DNA of 39,053 nt from Prasinococcaceae sp. CCMP 1430 (Eukaryota > Plantae > Prasinodermophyta): NCBI GenBank assembly GCA_013416795.1, contig RQSC01000314.1, positions 79,251 through 118,303 on the forward strand, read 5' to 3'. The notes under the pieces were generated by a model, which made no database searches, was not told where the DNA came from, and worked only from the letters and a program-made list of their open reading frames with translations. Shown here piece by piece: positions 37,462-39,053 of the stretch (the first letter of the stretch is position 1; each line of letters opens with the position of its first letter). Made by a program: the position numbers and the translations under genes.

Positions 37462-38531
37462 GCGGCGCGTGCGGGGCCGCGGCGGCGGGCAAGCCGCCGC
37501 CGCGACAGGCGCAGCAGCAGCCGCGCATGCCGCCGCTCTCCGAGATTAAGGCGGCGATCCCGGCCGAGTGCTTCAAGAAGAGCCTGCCGACGGCGCTGTT
37601 CTACATGGCGCGTGACCTCGGCCTGCTCGGAGGCTCCTTCTACCTGGCGCGGGCGTACGCGCTGGGCAACCCCTTGCTGCTGCTGGTGCACGCGCTCGTG
37701 TCGGGCTTCCTCATGTGGTGCGCGTTCGTCGTCGGCCACGACTGCGGCCACGGCACCTTCTCCGACTCGGCGCTGCTCAACGCCGTGTGCGGCCACGTGT
37801 GCCACGCGCCGCTTCTCGTGCCGTTCTGGCCGTGGGCTTTCTCCCACCGTTTGCACCACCAGTACCACAACCACAGGGTGAAGGATCGCTCCTATCCTTG
37901 GTTCGATGAGGATGAGTGGGCCGCGCTGGGGCCGCTCAAGCGCGGCGCGCTCAAGAGCATCGCCGCGCCGTTCTATCTCTTCCCGGCGTACCTCTTCATG
38001 GAGGCCTTCGATGGCTGCCACTTCTGGCCCTTCTCGCACCTGTACTCGGAGGGCGCGACGAGCGACCGCGTGAAATGCGTGGCGAGCACGGCGACCGTGG
38101 TCGGTTTCGCTGTGCTCGCCAAGGAGGCGTGCGGCTCGTGGGGCGCGTTCGCGCAGGTCTACCTGCCGGCGTATTTCGTGTTCGCGTGGTGGCTCTTCAC
38201 CGTCACGTACTTGCAGCACCACGACAAGGGCACGAAGGTGTACGACGAGGACTGGACATTCGTCAAGGGCGCCACTGAGACCATTGATAGAACCTACGGC
38301 CTCGGAATCGACAAATTCCACCATCACATCACAGACGGGCACGTTGCTCATCACCTGTTTTCTCGCCAGATCCCGCACTACCACCTCGAAAAGGCCACCG
38401 CGGGCGTGCGCTCGGTGCTCGAGCCGCTGGGGCTGTACAAGCAACGCGACACGCGCGACTTCTTCGTGCGCGTTTTCGTGTACAACTCCACCATGGGCTC
38501 GCGCATTGAGCGCCTCGCCAAGGGCGCCTGA
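37462..38531 (+). CDS. Methyl-end (omega-3/delta-12 type) fatty acid desaturase; 5' end probably in the gap (first visible ATG 37527)
   Basis: Three His boxes HDCGH, HRLHH and HVAHH, plus IKAAIPAECF, VTYLQHHD, GATETIDRTYG and IPHYHL. Stop TGA 38529-38531. Confidence 0.95.
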
Positions 38532-38812
38532 GGGGCCTCCATTGGGCGAAGCCCGACCCCAGGAGCGCCCAAGGCGGCCGAGCGCCCCGCCCGCCCTACG
38601 AGGCGACCCCCCCCCCAACCCCCCACCCCACCCCACCCGCCCCGCTCGACCGCGCCTCCTGCCGCCGAGACGACGGAGCCCGCCTCCTCAACCTCACCCA
38701 ACAGCAGGCGCCTCACCCCGCGCCTCAGAACATTCTTTCTTCAGGGACACTACGAATTGGGTGTTGGGTCCAGAATTGATTGAACCCTATACATGCACCT
38801 CAAATATGTACA

Positions 38813-38817
38813 TGTAA
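38813..38817 (+). terminator. TGTAA poly(A) signal candidate for the desaturase
   Basis: TGTAA within an AT-rich tract about 280 nt after the stop. Confidence 0.45.
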
Positions 38818-39053
38818 CTGCCAGATTCTCTATATTATATTGCGTGTTGCATCTGTCATCCGTACTCAAAACCCAAACCCTCCAGAGTCGGCCGTTGCCG
38901 GTGGCGCGCTGGGCCCCCATGCGCGAGGTCCCTGTCCCTCCGCGCCACACTGGACGCGGGCGGCGAGGCGATGCTCCCCCCGGCGGCGGCGGCGGCGGCG
39001 GCGTACAGATGGACGGTGGGCAAGGGTCTCGTTGACAACGTTCTGTCTGACTA

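Noticed and set aside
34838-37576. 912-aa, 715-aa, 654-aa and 543-aa ORFs spanning the N run
   Set aside because: Artefacts of translating through Ns; they fuse SelO or the desaturase with antisense sequence from the other side.
38600-38650. C-rich tract (G-quadruplex potential on the minus strand) in the desaturase 3' UTR
   Set aside because: Similar C/G runs are scattered through introns and UTRs of this window, so nothing specific supports a function.
1-39053. tRNA, rRNA, transposase, integrase or viral genes; bacterial origin
   Set aside because: None recognised. Spliceosomal introns, TRRAP, MZT1 and a eukaryotic SECIS show a eukaryotic nuclear locus.

Overview
Eukaryotic, very GC-rich (about 70% by eye, not computed), gene-dense nuclear DNA, most consistent with a green alga (prasinophyte-like). 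The basis for this is short GT-AG introns with GTGCG/GTGAG/GTACG donors and CTGAC branch points, TGTAA poly(A) signals, TTTAGGG/AAACCCTA telo-box motifs, and plant-type COX7a and SIK1-like sequences. After manual splicing the gene order is: minisatellite array; glutathionyl-hydroquinone reductase (+); BTB-like/cytochrome b5 fusion (-); MATE transporter (+); secretory-pathway sulfotransferase-like gene (-) head-to-head with an exostosin/GT47-like glycosyltransferase (+); single-exon 13-kb TRRAP/Tra1 (-) head-to-head with NAA60 (+); CDC48/AFG2-type AAA ATPase (-); truncated STE20/SIK1-like kinase fragment (+); MZT1 (+); COX7a (-); CYP40-like cyclophilin-TPR protein with a degenerate PPIase site (-); selenoprotein O (-); a 711-nt N gap; and a methyl-end fatty acid desaturase (+). 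The strongest result missed by the ORF track is that SelO ends V-S-TGA-S-S-TAG, with a form-2 SECIS about 100 nt downstream and a 14-bp hairpin 10 nt after the UGA (SRE-like), so it is very likely a true selenoprotein. The best candidate for an undescribed system is the divergent sulfotransferase plus GT47-like pair, a possible sulfated-glycan module. All splice models and family calls come from manual reading and recalled motifs; no searches were run.
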